A DNA stretch of 64,000 nucleotides. Source: Phoronis australis. Its lineage: Eukaryota > Animalia > Phoronida. Below are positions 49,720 through 61,830 of the stretch, piece by piece (positions within the stretch are counted from its first letter, which is position 1; each line of letters opens with the position of its first letter). Made by a program: the position numbers and the translations under genes. A model generated the notes under the pieces. That model was not told where the DNA came from. It was given only the letters and a program-made list of their open reading frames with translations, and ran no database searches. The stretch is taken from the NCBI GenBank assembly GCA_002633005.1, contig NMRA01000203.1, forward strand, positions 347,144 to 411,143, read 5' to 3'.

Positions 49720-52700
49720 AACCTCGGATACATTCACCATCGTTTCTTCAAAAGGATGTAGCACTCTTGGCTTTTTCATTGAAGATTCCTCTTTATTTGA
49801 GCATATTTACGAGATTATGGAGAAAGATTTGCATTTACACTTTCCTATTGTATGCATGTCAAACGCAAAAAGGAATGTACCAGAGGAGTTCAGCAAGCCA
49901 CAGAATGGCCAATGACGTCGTGGGTCAGATACAAATGGGAAGAATGTCTGAGTGGCTGAGAAATTCATCTAGAATATGAGAGAGACACAGTCCAACGGTA
50001 ATCTGGTGGGAATTTTGAATAATACAAATATCAATAATGAACACGTCTCATTGAAGGTCAAATTTCTCGTATTGTCGCTCAACACGCGTAGTCCCCCTGC
50101 CTGATTCGTCCAACACCCATATATAACACTAATGAGCCTACAAGAATCTTTGCTACTTCCAAGTCTTGCATTGACTTGTGCATTACCAACAAGCTCACTT
50201 CTATTGCGTCCGCGTTCGTTCTGCCCCCTATCAGCCACTTGGATCGCCATGTCCTACATTCATCCATCCCATCATGTTCAGCTCATTATGAACCTTCTCC
50301 TACTAAACGTGTTTGAAAATACGGTAAGGTAAATCAAATTCAATTGCATAACGACTTAATCAACCACGATTGGGATTCAATTCACAGTCGAAACAGTATC
50401 GAAACTGTAATGTAGAGATTCAATCAATAATTCAATGACATCCTAGAGAAAAAAATACCATGATTACAAAATCGGCCTTACATAAAGCAGTACTGGTGAT
50501 TTGTTAACAAAATAAAATGCCATTCAGTCAATAACATGTTTCCTCATATACCCTCTAAAGACCTTCCCAAACACGCCGATACAACATCGAAAAAATGCAC
50601 TTTTAATTATTGCTAGAATATTTAACAAACAAAGGCCACATCAATCCGATTAACCAAGACACCGTCTATAGACTATCAGTTAAGTGTAAAGAACAACTCA
50701 CTGACCACCAAACTAGAACTGCAGAAGTTAGAAAACGTCTTGAAGATATCGACGTTAATAAATCAAATGGTTCATAACAAATAAATCGATAAAAATTATG
50801 TATATCTCAATAACATTATCTTGTCAGGCCATTATCTTTCCGATTGGAATTTAGGAATAACGGTACCAATTCACAAGAAAGACTGCAAGTCAGAAGTGTC
50901 AAACTATCGTCCTATCACATTCCTAACACCTCCTCCGAAATTCTAGAAAAGGCTATATTTCGAAATCTCATTAGAATTTAAACTCGCAAGATCTCATAGA
51001 CCCACTGCAGTTTGGTTTTTTACCAGGAAAAAGTACAATATACCAACTCATTGGAATTATTCATGACATGCATTTACAATTTTCTGCCTTCGACATGGTC
51101 CCACGTGGCCTACTCAGTTACAAGTTAAGACCGTTTCTAATATCTGGCACTATGTTAAGTTAACTGGAATCTTCACAATCCCATCTATACAGCCTACGAA
51201 ATGCGAATTGATGGCGAGTATTCAATGTCGTCTTCTCCGGGTTACGTGCATGCGGGTGTGCCCCAGGTCAGTGTTCTTGGTCCATTATTTTTCCTTCTAA
51301 GTTCTATACATCAATGACCTTTCCGACAATATCTCATATGAAACTATCTTTACGCTGATGACACATCTTTATTTCTCCCTTCCCCTAAAAAAACTCCACA
51401 ACTATCTATGAGACTACAAGGTGATCTGTACAAGCTTTCTTCGTGGGCTGTCAAATGGTGAATGAATTTCAAAACAGAAAAAAGTGTTGACACTATCGTC
51501 TCACTATCCAAAAATTCACTTCTGCATGTAGATCTACTATTTGATTTCCAACTTAACGGTGAGAGAATACTAAACAATATACCCATAAGCACTTAGGCAT
51601 TATTCTTAATAATAATCTCTCTATATGAATGCTCACTGTCGTGATCTAGATGCTGAGATTCTAAAGTTGTCAAGTCCCATGAAACTTCTATGAAGACACC
51701 TAAGTTAAATGTACCTAGATGTTTTGTTTAATGTATTAGTCCTGCCCCACTTTGACTATGGAGACATCAATCAATCCACTGGAGCTGTTGTTCTACTCCA
51801 CTTAGATCGTTTGCTGTATCAAGCACCACTGTCAATCACAGGATCAGATAAAAAGATAAAGTTCTCGATAGCGGTAATTGGTCTACACTTTTTGAACGAA
51901 GGAAACTACACATTAATTAACTTGTACAAATTTAAGTTCTCAACAACATAAACAATGCGTCTAATAAGCTCATATTTAACAAATATGAAAGAAAATGCTG
52001 AAGGCCATACAGGCCTGAGGAATTCCCATATTTCCACCATCCCTCCGTAATACACCAGGGTAACTCGCAGATCAGCAATTTTAGTGTCCATAGACAACTG
52101 GAATACACTGCCTGCAAATTTAAAAGACAGCCGTGCAACCTCAATGAACAAAATAAGCTTTAAAAATCACTTCTGTCATGCTAATCCACCTTTCCCTCGT
52201 ACCAAGTTTAAAACTATTCCTAGAGCTCACGAGATATTTCAATACATTGCGTTCTGGGCTTTCACTTAAAGGCGAAGGCAACCTTTTTCCATGTCATTTT
52301 GAGCTAAAATAAGGTTGGTTGGTTATCCTAGACATATTTTCCACTTAATTACAGCTTTTCGTAATTTTGTAAATTACTCGTCCGCTACTCCGGAAGTGAC
52401 GTTTTAGGAGGCAAGCGTTTCCCGCCACTTGGTTTTGCGTTGACTTTACCGTGCGAATCTGTTCTATTCTACTTTTGTTTTGTGCTGNNNNNNNNNNNNN
52501 NNNNNNNNNNNNNNNNNNNNNNNNNNNNNNNNNNNNNNNNNNNNNNNAGCGATGCAAAGGTACTCCCAAAGCGCGCGTGAGCCGATAATTAGTACATCCT
52601 GGTACGCAGCAACAGTGTGGCATGTTGACTGACTAGTAAATGAAAGCAAACGACGACGGAACTTAACACAACCGAGGTAGAACAATGACTGACTCGGCAG

Positions 52701-52930
52701 CTCTCACAGTCAGACTATATGAAAAGAAATTGGCGCGAAATGCTTGCCTCCTAAAACGTCACTTCCGGAGTAGCGGACGAGTAATTAATAAAATTACGAA
52801 AAGCTGTAATTAAGTGGAAAATATGTCTAGGATAACCAACCAACCTTATTTTAGCTCAAAATGACATGGAAAAATGTTGCCTTCGCCTTTAACTCCGATA
52901 GATTTCGACGCAATTTTACAGACGCCTCTC
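49720..52930 (+). mobile_element. Degenerate CR1/L2-group LINE, antisense in GT7 intron 2
   Basis: RT motifs NYRPITFL, QFGFLPGKST, AFDMVP, GVPQ.SVLGPLFF, YINDL and YADDT, with many frameshifts. The 3' end is interrupted by a MITE. Confidence 0.88.
52270..52888 (-). mobile_element. Kolobok-type non-autonomous element with TTAA target duplication and a THAP fragment
   Basis: About 160-bp TIRs (aggcgaaggcaac...), with TTAA at 52266-52269 and 52889-52892. Internal MPHCCCVPGCTN....GVPLHR is a THAP N-terminus. Confidence 0.85.
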
Positions 52931-52970
52931 TGGGGGTAATTGGGAGAAAACAACGACAGGAACTCTTCCA

Positions 52971-53356
52971 GGGCCCGGTCTCTAATCTTTGTACTCGAAA
53001 CGAACTCGAAACTATTTTTGGCAATTTCTCTGCTCCTTTTGTGCGAACTTATGATAATTGGTTATCAGACTGTGCTCGGATACATTATAGTTTATGCATA
53101 GGAGTTTCTAGTTCAAGTTTGCCCTTGAAGACCCTTATATTCGTGCTACAAAGTCGAGTAAAAACTCGACATTTCGAGTTCAAACTCGAACTTATTGTTT
53201 TAATATTGGGTTTACAAACTGTGAACTAAGGGCAATAAATTATCTACGTAAATTATTGTGTAATCGAGCATAGAATAATAGACACTTATCTTGAGTTCGC
53301 CCAAAAGTAAAGTAGAAAATGCCTAATTTCGAGTAAAAAGATTGGAGACCGGGCCC
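52971..53356. mobile_element. PIF/Harbinger-type MITE
   Basis: TIRs gggcccggtctctaatcttt..actcgaaa / tttcgagtaaaaagattggagaccgggccc. Confidence 0.78.
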
Positions 53357-53449
53357 ATGTCATCGAAAGTAACTCTTATACCACAATATGAGCCTCGAAT
53401 GGCAGATACAAACGTGTAAAGTTATCTCACTAGTGAGATAACATTTTGG

Positions 53450-53530
53450 CGGGAAATCGAGGTCGGATTCGAACCCGGGCCTCAAGAGTTTCAAGTCGCC
53501 GACTTTACCACTACACCACTTAGTGGCTGA
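53450..53530 (-). mobile_element. tRNA-derived SINE head or tRNA pseudogene
   Basis: A box TGGTGTAGTGG and B box GGTTCGAATCC on the minus strand. No acceptor stem can form. Confidence 0.65.
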
Positions 53531-54074
53531 CGTCATCCAACGTGAAAATAGAATACTTAAATGAGCACGCGCAACAATCGCATGTTCAGCAAAGGGCATT
53601 GCACCGACATTTATACGCTATGAAAAATAAAACGCATAGTTTCCATAAAAACGATACTTTAATTCAGTGAAATTTTTCTCTCGTGTTCTCTCACTTGTAA
53701 ATCACCGATCTCCAATTTGAATGCGGGTATCGTGTCATCGGGATCCTTTGACTTGAGCATTATAGTCAGTTACTAGTGGTAACCTACTTTAGCAGACGAT
53801 ATTTTCCCGGTCGAAGCTTAGCGTGATAAAATGCGTAGTTAGCTATAATAGTTGATAAACCTTAATTTATAGATTCACTTTATTTCTATTTTGTTTAAAT
53901 TTTCAATTGGTTTTGAGTATAAGCATTATTTGACAAAAATAGTTCGGCTTTTCTTAAAAGGTCACGACCTCCAACCCCGGGCCTCTGACATAGAAAGTAG
54001 TTACAAAGCCGAGGCGAGTCGAGAAAGGTAGATTGATTCATTGCAATGTTTCTCGTTCAGTATGTGGTATAAAT

Positions 54075-54216
54075 AGATTATTACATGTTCTCAGCTGTTA
54101 TCCCGCGTTATCTAGAGCCCTCGTTGATTTTGGAGAATTATCACTCGAGGGGCGTTAGCCCCGAGGGTGAGGCTCTAGATAACGGGGGATAACGACTTCG
54201 CCATGTAATAATCTAT
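54075..54216. mobile_element. Small palindromic non-autonomous element
   Basis: Nested inverted repeats atagattattacatg/catgtaataatctat and gttatctagagcc/ggctctagataac, around an internal hairpin ctcgaggggcgttagccccgag. Confidence 0.65.
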
Positions 54217-54558
54217 ATTTATGTAAAAAAACGTATTATGAGGCCAAAGCTTATATACAATAAACATGTCTGAATGTGATTCAGATTCTCTTACTGACGT
54301 ACCAGGCCGCACTTCTGAAGTTGCATGCGAACATGTATGTGTACTTCAACACAAAGTCGAAAGCTTCAAGTGATTCTTTGATCATAATGACCATTGTCCT
54401 GTTCACAATATCGTAGCACCGCATGCCTGTTGCGTAATAAAAACAATTTTTGCGGTGGTCATTTTTGGCAGTGAAAAAACAAATTCAAATGCAACGAAAA
54501 CTGTAAGGAATTGCTCTACGTATTTAGAAGATACAATGTCAATATAAAATCTCCTTAC

Positions 54559-54595
54559 CTAAATGTGGCGGCATTTGAGGGCACAGTGATGACCC
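54559..54595 (-). CDS. GT7 glycosyltransferase coding exon 2 (37 nt)
   Basis: Acceptor ctgtttacag, donor gtaagg. Translates GSSLCPQMPPHL, the conserved CP..PP.LVG motif. Phases 0 to 1 fit both neighbours. Confidence 0.85.
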
Positions 54596-55048
54596 CTGTA
54601 AACAGAAAAAAATGAATTTGTGTTAAATTTTGATGATGGCTCCGAAAATTGATGCTGGAACTACATAGGTCTTTTGTGCGATGATTTTGTCGAGAGCGGT
54701 GGTCACATCTACAGGGGTTTGTAAAAGATCAATGACTTTAGTTAATTGTTAAGAATATTTTAGGAAAGTTACGAATTTCCCCGATAGTAGTGTCCAGTTA
54801 TTCCCCAACAAGTGAAAACAGTCATCCGAAGATGCTTCCGCACACCGTCTAAAGAAGCCCTGAAATGAAGATAAAAGACAACAAATGTACAGACAAACGT
54901 AGTCAGGCAAACTCCATTTCTCAGTCCTTGATGCTAAGTACTTGCTCCAAGTTGCTGTCCACATGCATCGTCCACAATCACCACTGCTTTCCGCTTGTCA
55001 AGTCATCTCAGTTAACCTTCTAGCCAAACGCATCAACGATTTTCCAGA

Positions 55049-57680
55049 GCAAGTCTGGGCATCTCACTTTTACTGCTGGTCAAACGTCTCGGGGTCCATT
55101 GATTCCACAGAACACCCCCATTTGGCGAAGTGGGCAAAAAGGTCCGCCTCAGAGAAACGATAAGTCCGAGAAAACGAGACAAATGGGAGAATTTATAAAG
55201 TACCAAGTGGGGTACACCAAACAGCCAACTGGGCTATAACAACCTGGCACAGCAGGTTCCGGACAAGCTGAGTGAAAAGGCCAGCCGGAGTGACGAAAAT
55301 AGATATTGTAAGGAACGTGGTGTTGTGGTTCAGTTTGTGCCATATGGGCAGGGTTGTTCATGGATGAACAATCCTGTCCACCGCCACAAACCGCGTGGGG
55401 GCCGTGACCCTTGTAGTCAAGGGACGAATAGGAGTGAGAGGTGATATGGGAAAAAGTAGTCGGGACCTTGAACAATACAATAAAATATATAATATGATGA
55501 AACCATCTAAGAGACTTTTACCTAAGCATAACTGAGAGAGCTATGGACCATAAACCCGAGGTCCGCCAGCAGTGGGCACCCTTTATAGCATTGAGANGCA
55601 AGTCTGGGCATCTCACTTTTACTGCTGGTCAAACGTCTCGGGGTCCATTGATTCCACAGAACACCCCCATTTGGCGAAGTGGGCAAAAAGGTCCGCCTCA
55701 GAGAAACGAAAAGTCCGAGAAAACGAGACAAATGGGAGAATTTATAAAGTACCAAGTGGGGTACACCAAACAGCCAACTGGGCTATAACAACCTGGCACA
55801 GCAGGTTCCGGACAAGCTGAGTGAACAGGCCAGCCGGAGTGACGAAAATAGATATTGTAAGGAACGTGGTGTTGTGGTTCAGTTTGTGCCATATGGGCAG
55901 GGTTGTTCATGGATGAACAATCCTGTCCACCGCCACAAACCGCGTGGGGGCCGTGACCCTTGTAGTCAAGGGACGAATAGGAGTGAAAGGTGATATGGGA
56001 AAAAGTAGTCGGGACCTTGAACAATATAATAAAATATATAATATGATGAAACCATCTAAGAGACTTTTACCTAAGCATAACTGATAGAGCTATGGACCAT
56101 AAACCCGAGGTCCGCCAGCAGTGGGCACCCTTTATAGCATTGAGAAAATATCGTTTCATAAATGGGACAGGTGGACGCCATGTGGATGGAACAACAACCT
56201 GACATCCGTCATAATGTCAGGGTGCCTGATATGTAGCATCCAGAATGAGTGAGATCAATCTTAGCCGCCATGGAGTTGATTCTGGCCCTGGCGGTGTTCA
56301 TGACTTCCATGGTACCTCTTTTCCATTGTAACCGTGGTAGTATTGCGGACCAAACAATTGTGCTGTGTGGAAATTTGTTGTGGAATCTGGAAATATCTGC
56401 GTAGCAGTAACTCATGTGATTTGGTTTGGCCAATGTCTTTGCAAGCGCAGTGCAGGATGATGTACGACGGTTGGTCTTCAAGGTGGTTCATCGTCCACAG
56501 TTTGGGGATAAGCTGGTTCCAATGGAGCCTTTTGCCAAAAGATGCTCTGTATCCCCACTGACTGTAACCCCAAGTTCGTGCCCCTGGGGCTTGTCCTGGC
56601 ATGAACAAACTCCCGTTTAATGAACGACTATCCTACAATCCATACGGCATAAGGGCCCTGAAAGACTTAACTGTCTTTTAGAACTAGTCTAAACTGTGAA
56701 CTAATAGTTTTTCGGAAATAATACGAACATAGGTTTTATATGCGTATGAGTGTGTAGATCATCTGCTTGCGAGTCTGATTTGTTCTGGTGTCCATTCAGC
56801 TAAGCTTGCGGTTATGGCAGCACCGATGCGGAATGAATGTGACCGGTACCTGCCATGTTCCACGCACGCCCAGTTTCTTCATTACCAACTGGAGGATAGT
56901 GCTAAACTGATAGCGAGAGAGGGGTTTCCCTCCAAAGTGACAGAGGAACTGGTGGTCGCTTGGTGGTCTGATTTTACGAAATTTGAGCATGTTGTCTATC
57001 AAGCATATATTAAAAGTGGGTGGTGGGATAATTAAGGAATGTATAAAAAGTGTCGACGTGTTCCCACGCTGCTCGGTCTTGAATGATGTGATTTTAATGA
57101 AGACCCTGTTGTTGGCAAAGGTGACGTCGTCCGCTTGAAGACCTCCATTGTTTGGGCCAACTAACTCTGATATTCGGAAAAAACCAAAGAACGCCAAAAC
57201 GTATGGTCTTGAAAAGGTGCCTCTCGTATATAGAGGAGCAGATTAGATGCAGGCTGTGGGCCAGTGGTACAGTATCTCAGGAGTAATCGGTAGCCGTGTG
57301 TCAGCAGTTTTTGCACAACGTCGTAGGCCCCGGTGTCTTGGACACGATCAAGATGGTAGTAATGTCTGGGTAACCATCCACCTTGCATTTAAAGTACATT
57401 CCTGCCAGGTATGACTCGACGGTACGGGCCGCAATACCACAGAGAGATATGTATGGAATACATAGAACCAGATGGTCAGGGGGCCAGCACAGTGGCAGGT
57501 AACACTGTTGCCGAAACGAATTGAATGACTGGAGGCCTAGGTGTTGTTGGAGACGAATGCTTAGATTAGTCTAGCTGCCTTATCGCGGAGATCAGTTGCA
57601 GAAATTGGTGGGGTATTGGGTCTGGCGATGGGTTTGCCTCTGGTGCTAACGTGCAAAATCTTTGCACCTGTTTACGAGAC
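55049..57680 (-). mobile_element. DIRS/Ngaro-type tyrosine-recombinase retrotransposon relic (RNase H end, YR, SGNH-like ORF, terminal region)
   Basis: YR peptide AFFGFFRISELV...SFKT.Q.G...HSFRIGAATTA at 56800-57200. Downstream hydrolase-like peptide PSYIILHCA.KDIG...IVWSAILPRL. Upstream LSR.QV.RF..LAP.A..P.PIP marks the end of pol. Frameshifted. The left boundary is uncertain. Confidence 0.8.
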
Positions 57681-58328
57681 GGTAGTTTACGGACGTAGAC
57701 GTAAACGGTAGATGACGCTGTCATCATAGAAATAATCACAAGGTAGCACTGACGTCGCGTGCACGTTAAGATTTTTTAATGAGACAATTTGTAAACATTT
57801 ATATGTGCTAATTGACATGAAACTTATTTCTAATTCGATTGTTAATTATTCCAGCAAAATATTAGCAAATATTATCGACAACACTGCCTTTTAATTGTTG
57901 ACGATAACAGTGGCCTCTGGCGATAAGTTTGATGGGACTGAAATTGGCCGTTCAATGCACTGTGGCGTCGACGCTCCACTAATTAAATCCAACACCAAAG
58001 TTAACCACTCATACTGACCGCAACTCCCCAAAACATCGACGCGTCTACGTTAGTACGAAACGCCCTTAAAAGTCACATCGATAAAAAGCCTTTCGTCAGT
58101 TCTTGGGGATTATACCAAAAGCAAAAGGTAAATAATTTAATTCATAAATAATTAGGATTTCGCATACCATATGTTTTTGATTATAAAATCCAAGAGTGTT
58201 ACCAAAATACGAAAAATAACGATGTGTAATTTTACCGTAATAAAGGAAATGAACCAGAGAGGTTATATAAATGACTAGTTAATCCATAAGGGAAATAAAT
58301 TCAATGATTTAAAGATTTCTACCTCATA

Positions 58329-58565
58329 TCCAGCGCATGGGGCGCTGGAAATCTGACGCACTAAAAAACTACATTCGCATGTCTGCTTTTCCTCTTCCCC
58401 AGGCTTCTTGAACTCCTGGTGAGCCTGTTGTTGCAGCTCCCCACTTCTCTCACTTTGCTTTTCAGCCCCTCCCACTCCTCTGGGTCTGTGGTTTCAGCCC
58501 ACTAGGTCAGGACTGTTGTTGCAGCCGGCCTCCTCCCGTTCGCAGGTCTGTTGTTGCAGCCTGTG
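58329..58565 (+). mobile_element. Second tyrosine-recombinase element fragment, present in only one of two duplicated copies
   Basis: Translates IQRMGRWKSDALKNYIRMSAFPLPQAS*, the YR C-terminal GRWxS..Y motif. Absent at the equivalent site near 59026. Confidence 0.7.
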
Positions 58566-60025
58566 NATATTATCGACAACACTGCCTTTTAATTGTTGAC
58601 GATAACAGTGGCCTCTGGCGATAAGTTTGACGGGACTGAAATTGGCCGTTCAATGCACTGTGGCGTCGACGCTCCACTAATTAAATCCAACACCAAAGTT
58701 AACCACTCATACTGACCGCAACTCCCCAAAACATCGACGCGTCTACGTTAGTATGAAACGCCCTTAAAAGTCACATCGATAAAAAGCCTTTCGTCAGTTC
58801 TTGGGAATTATACCAAAAGCAAAAGGTAAATAATTTAATTCATAAATAATTAGGATTTCGCATACCATATGTTTTTGATTATAAAATCCAAGAGTGTTAC
58901 CAAAATACGAAAAATAACGATGTGTAATTTTAACGTAATAAAGGAAATGAACCAGAGAGGTTATATAAATGACTAGTTAATCCATAAGGGAAATAAATTC
59001 AATGATTTAAAGATTTCTACCTCATAAAGACAGTTTAAAATATTGATTCCTCACACTTGTCAAGCATTCATCCAAACTTATACATCTTTATATATTGCAA
59101 CTAATTGAATATTTGGTGCCGTTTGGTACAATTGTATTCTTCAGTATATATAGGTAAATAAAACAACAAGAATGGATCAACTGAAATTTTCGGATGTAAT
59201 AACGTCCTTTGTCAACAGAAATAGAAATAAAGTAAAATCAAACACTTGACATTTAAGATATGGTGTAATGAATATGATACATTTTTTGCGTAAAAAAATC
59301 AATGATATATTTTAGGAAGTTTTTATGTTCAATCCATGAGGTTCTATTGCGCGCGCACACACACACACACAAACGCACACACACATACTTAGCAAAGCAT
59401 TATGTGTAAATTTTCGAAAGTTCCGCAAGCATACCTGTTTTTAGTGCTTGAAGTTTTCACTTAGGTCAAATGTAACTCCTTTCCGTAAAATACTGTAAAA
59501 CGATTTTAAGACCTAAAATTTTTTATTGAAAAACTCATGGCGTGTAGTTGTGATAGTTTGTCGAAAGTGGTTCTACGACTGGAGCTGAAAAGATATCAGA
59601 GGCCATAAAAGCATTACCGGTATGTCTTAAAGAGCATCGCAACCTTAGGAATAACTACAACCAAAGCCGATACCTCTTGGTTGTGAAGTAAAATAAGACG
59701 GTGGTGAAGAAATTTACATCAATTTCAAAACATTAACAAACAAGTTGTCACAGTAAATACTTCCATCACCCACTGGCAGATAAACCGAAGATGAATGAAT
59801 ATCTTCGCAATCTTTCGTCATGTGATATCATCACCTTTTGTACTCAAAATCCTAGGCTTGACCAATCTGACGTCGTGGGCAACCAATCTTTTGCGTGTTT
59901 TTGGTAACAGAGCCTCAAGGCCCTCCAAATGTTAATTTTGGAGGCGAAAATCTAGACGCTTTACCTTAAAACTGCATTATGCACACTAGCGTGTTCTATT
60001 TCAGATTATTACAGCTTTACTATAC

Positions 60026-60259
60026 CTTGGCTGTAATAGTTTTTACTGTTTCTCTTGATGGCAATCGTGTGGAGACTATAGTAGGCCAATGGTAATCCGA
60101 GCCTTCATTACTTTTATCTTCTCTGTTGTCTCGAATATCATCACGTGACAACAGTGACGTCACATTGCAAGTCACCAAACAACCAACAGCGAATCCAACG
60201 AAAAGGAGGCAGTTACGACTGTAAATTATTCTATGCCACGTCTTCACCACAAGACCCAT
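60026..60259 (-). CDS. GT7 glycosyltransferase coding exon 1 (type II membrane anchor and stem)
   Basis: Translates MGLVVKTWHRIIYSRNCLLFVGFAVGCLVTCNVTSLLS..., with donor AAG|gtatag. An acceptor about 20 nt upstream of the ATG implies a further 5' UTR exon. Total CDS is 1092 nt. Confidence 0.75.
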
Positions 60260-61079
60260 TGGTCTCTGAGGGATTTTACTCTGTAAAACAGATGAACAAT
60301 ACAAATTATGTGAGTTTCTAGATGGGGTGAAATTTTAGCTGCGACCACTAAAGAAAACTCACTCAGTTGTGAGGCAATGCCCCCAAATTAGGAAAATTGT
60401 ATCTAAAAATGTAACATTAGAGGGTTCAGGCTGGCACCAATGAATCGAGAATAAATCAGGATGAAAGGTTATTAGTTAGGATTAAGGATCAGGCCCCCTG
60501 CTTCAGTCATTTGGGTGTCACACGATCCGACAGATCAACACTCATGAGATGCTGGTCTACCATTCTTCAACAAACAGTGGACGGATGATTTAAGTTGACG
60601 AGGGAAAATTATAAGGGGATAACAGAAACAATACTTCATCTTTTCATAGAAACCGGAAGCATTTGATTGTCACTGAACGTTTGAGTATTACAAAACAGGA
60701 ACGGAAACGAAGAGTACATACACCTCGACATAAGGTTCCGGCAAGAACATGCAACTAAAAGCCTGATGGGAAATGTACGGGTTGAGTTCTACGTTAGTTT
60801 CTTTACAGGTTAGTGAGATCACGCAAGTATTCGCGAGAGATCGCCACGCATTGCAACTAATGTACGTACTCTCACTGGCTTTGCTCTCGCGTCGGAATGT
60901 CATGCGTAATTCAACAGGCCGGTTTCACACTATTGGCGGTGAAAGTTACGCCACAATGTAAAAGTACTCTGAACAAGTTCACACAAGAAAGGTGTCAAAA
61001 CTCGATCGTTGGCTGCTGTCGATGTACAGTTTCATATATGGAAATCAGAAGCAACAATATTTATAAACGGTACATAAAA

Positions 61080-61340
61080 CTTTTCTAACGTTGCTTAGGA
61101 GGAATTCATTGAGAATAAGGTCAAGGTTAGGACTACCATTCAATAATAATGTAAATTTAGTAGGGATATTATTACAAGAATTGAGAGCTTCAACTGGTTT
61201 CGACTGGTTTTCATAAAGTGCACGAAAGAGTGAGTCTCTCAGGTATTCGATGCATTTGAAGAAAATATGAGGATAAGATTGATGGTCACCACATTTACAG
61301 TATGGAGAAACATTACTAGAGTTAATTAAATCAGTTTTTG
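61080..61340 (-). mobile_element. CR1/L2 LINE 3' end relic
   Basis: Translates SPYCKCGDHQSYPHIFFKCIEY.R..LF....LLLNGSPNL, a C-terminal CCHC-type motif. Confidence 0.7.
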
Positions 61341-61386
61341 GGCACAATAAGATTAAAAACCGGACGATCATGTTTATGTTCATGTT

Positions 61387-61428
61387 CAATTCAACGTTTC
61401 GTCTTTTCAGTAGACATCATCAGAATCA
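61387..61428 (-). ncRNA. Minimal type I hammerhead ribozyme motif in a Penelope terminal repeat
   Basis: Minus strand gattCTGATGAtgtctactgaaaagacGAAAcgttgaatt: intact core, stem II gtct/agac, palindromic ACGT stem III. Confidence 0.6.
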
Positions 61429-61830
61429 TATTTACAACAATTTAGGACAACAAGTGCCAACATACAGCTCAGGTAACACCTATAGAGTGAAGTGAGAGAT
61501 ACATAGAATATAGTCAGTACTGGTCATCCCCATAGTTGCAGGGTCATTGAGCTCTGCATGTTATTCAGAGAATCAGTGGCATGCTGGTTCTGAATGACCA
61601 ATGACTCTTTAATGTACAGTAACTCCTTATTAGGTTCTCTGCAGATAATACTAACATCCCTTTGTTGAACAAGAGCAATGTTGTGTATAAGGTTGAATGT
61701 GACAACTGTAAGGAATTCTATATAGGACTCACACAGAGACGCCTCTGTGACAGGTTGAAAGAACATCACACCCCAGAGAAAAGTAACATATATAGGCATT
61801 GTATTAGCTACAATCACCAATCCAACTCTG
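61387..61830. mobile_element. Penelope relic with internal inversion
   Basis: Plus strand: SNVVYKVECDNCKEFYIGLTQRRLCDRLKEH (GIY-YIG). Adjacent minus strand: LLYIKESLVIQ....LN (endonuclease C-terminus). Confidence 0.8.

Noticed and set aside
53450-53530. Functional tRNA gene (TGA in the anticodon-like loop)
   Set aside because: No acceptor stem, weak anticodon stem and no long variable arm. It looks like a SINE head.
55049-56145. About 550-bp direct repeat as Ngaro split direct repeats or LTRs
   Set aside because: The copies abut at a single n like the other artefactual duplications, so this cannot be taken as element structure without long reads.
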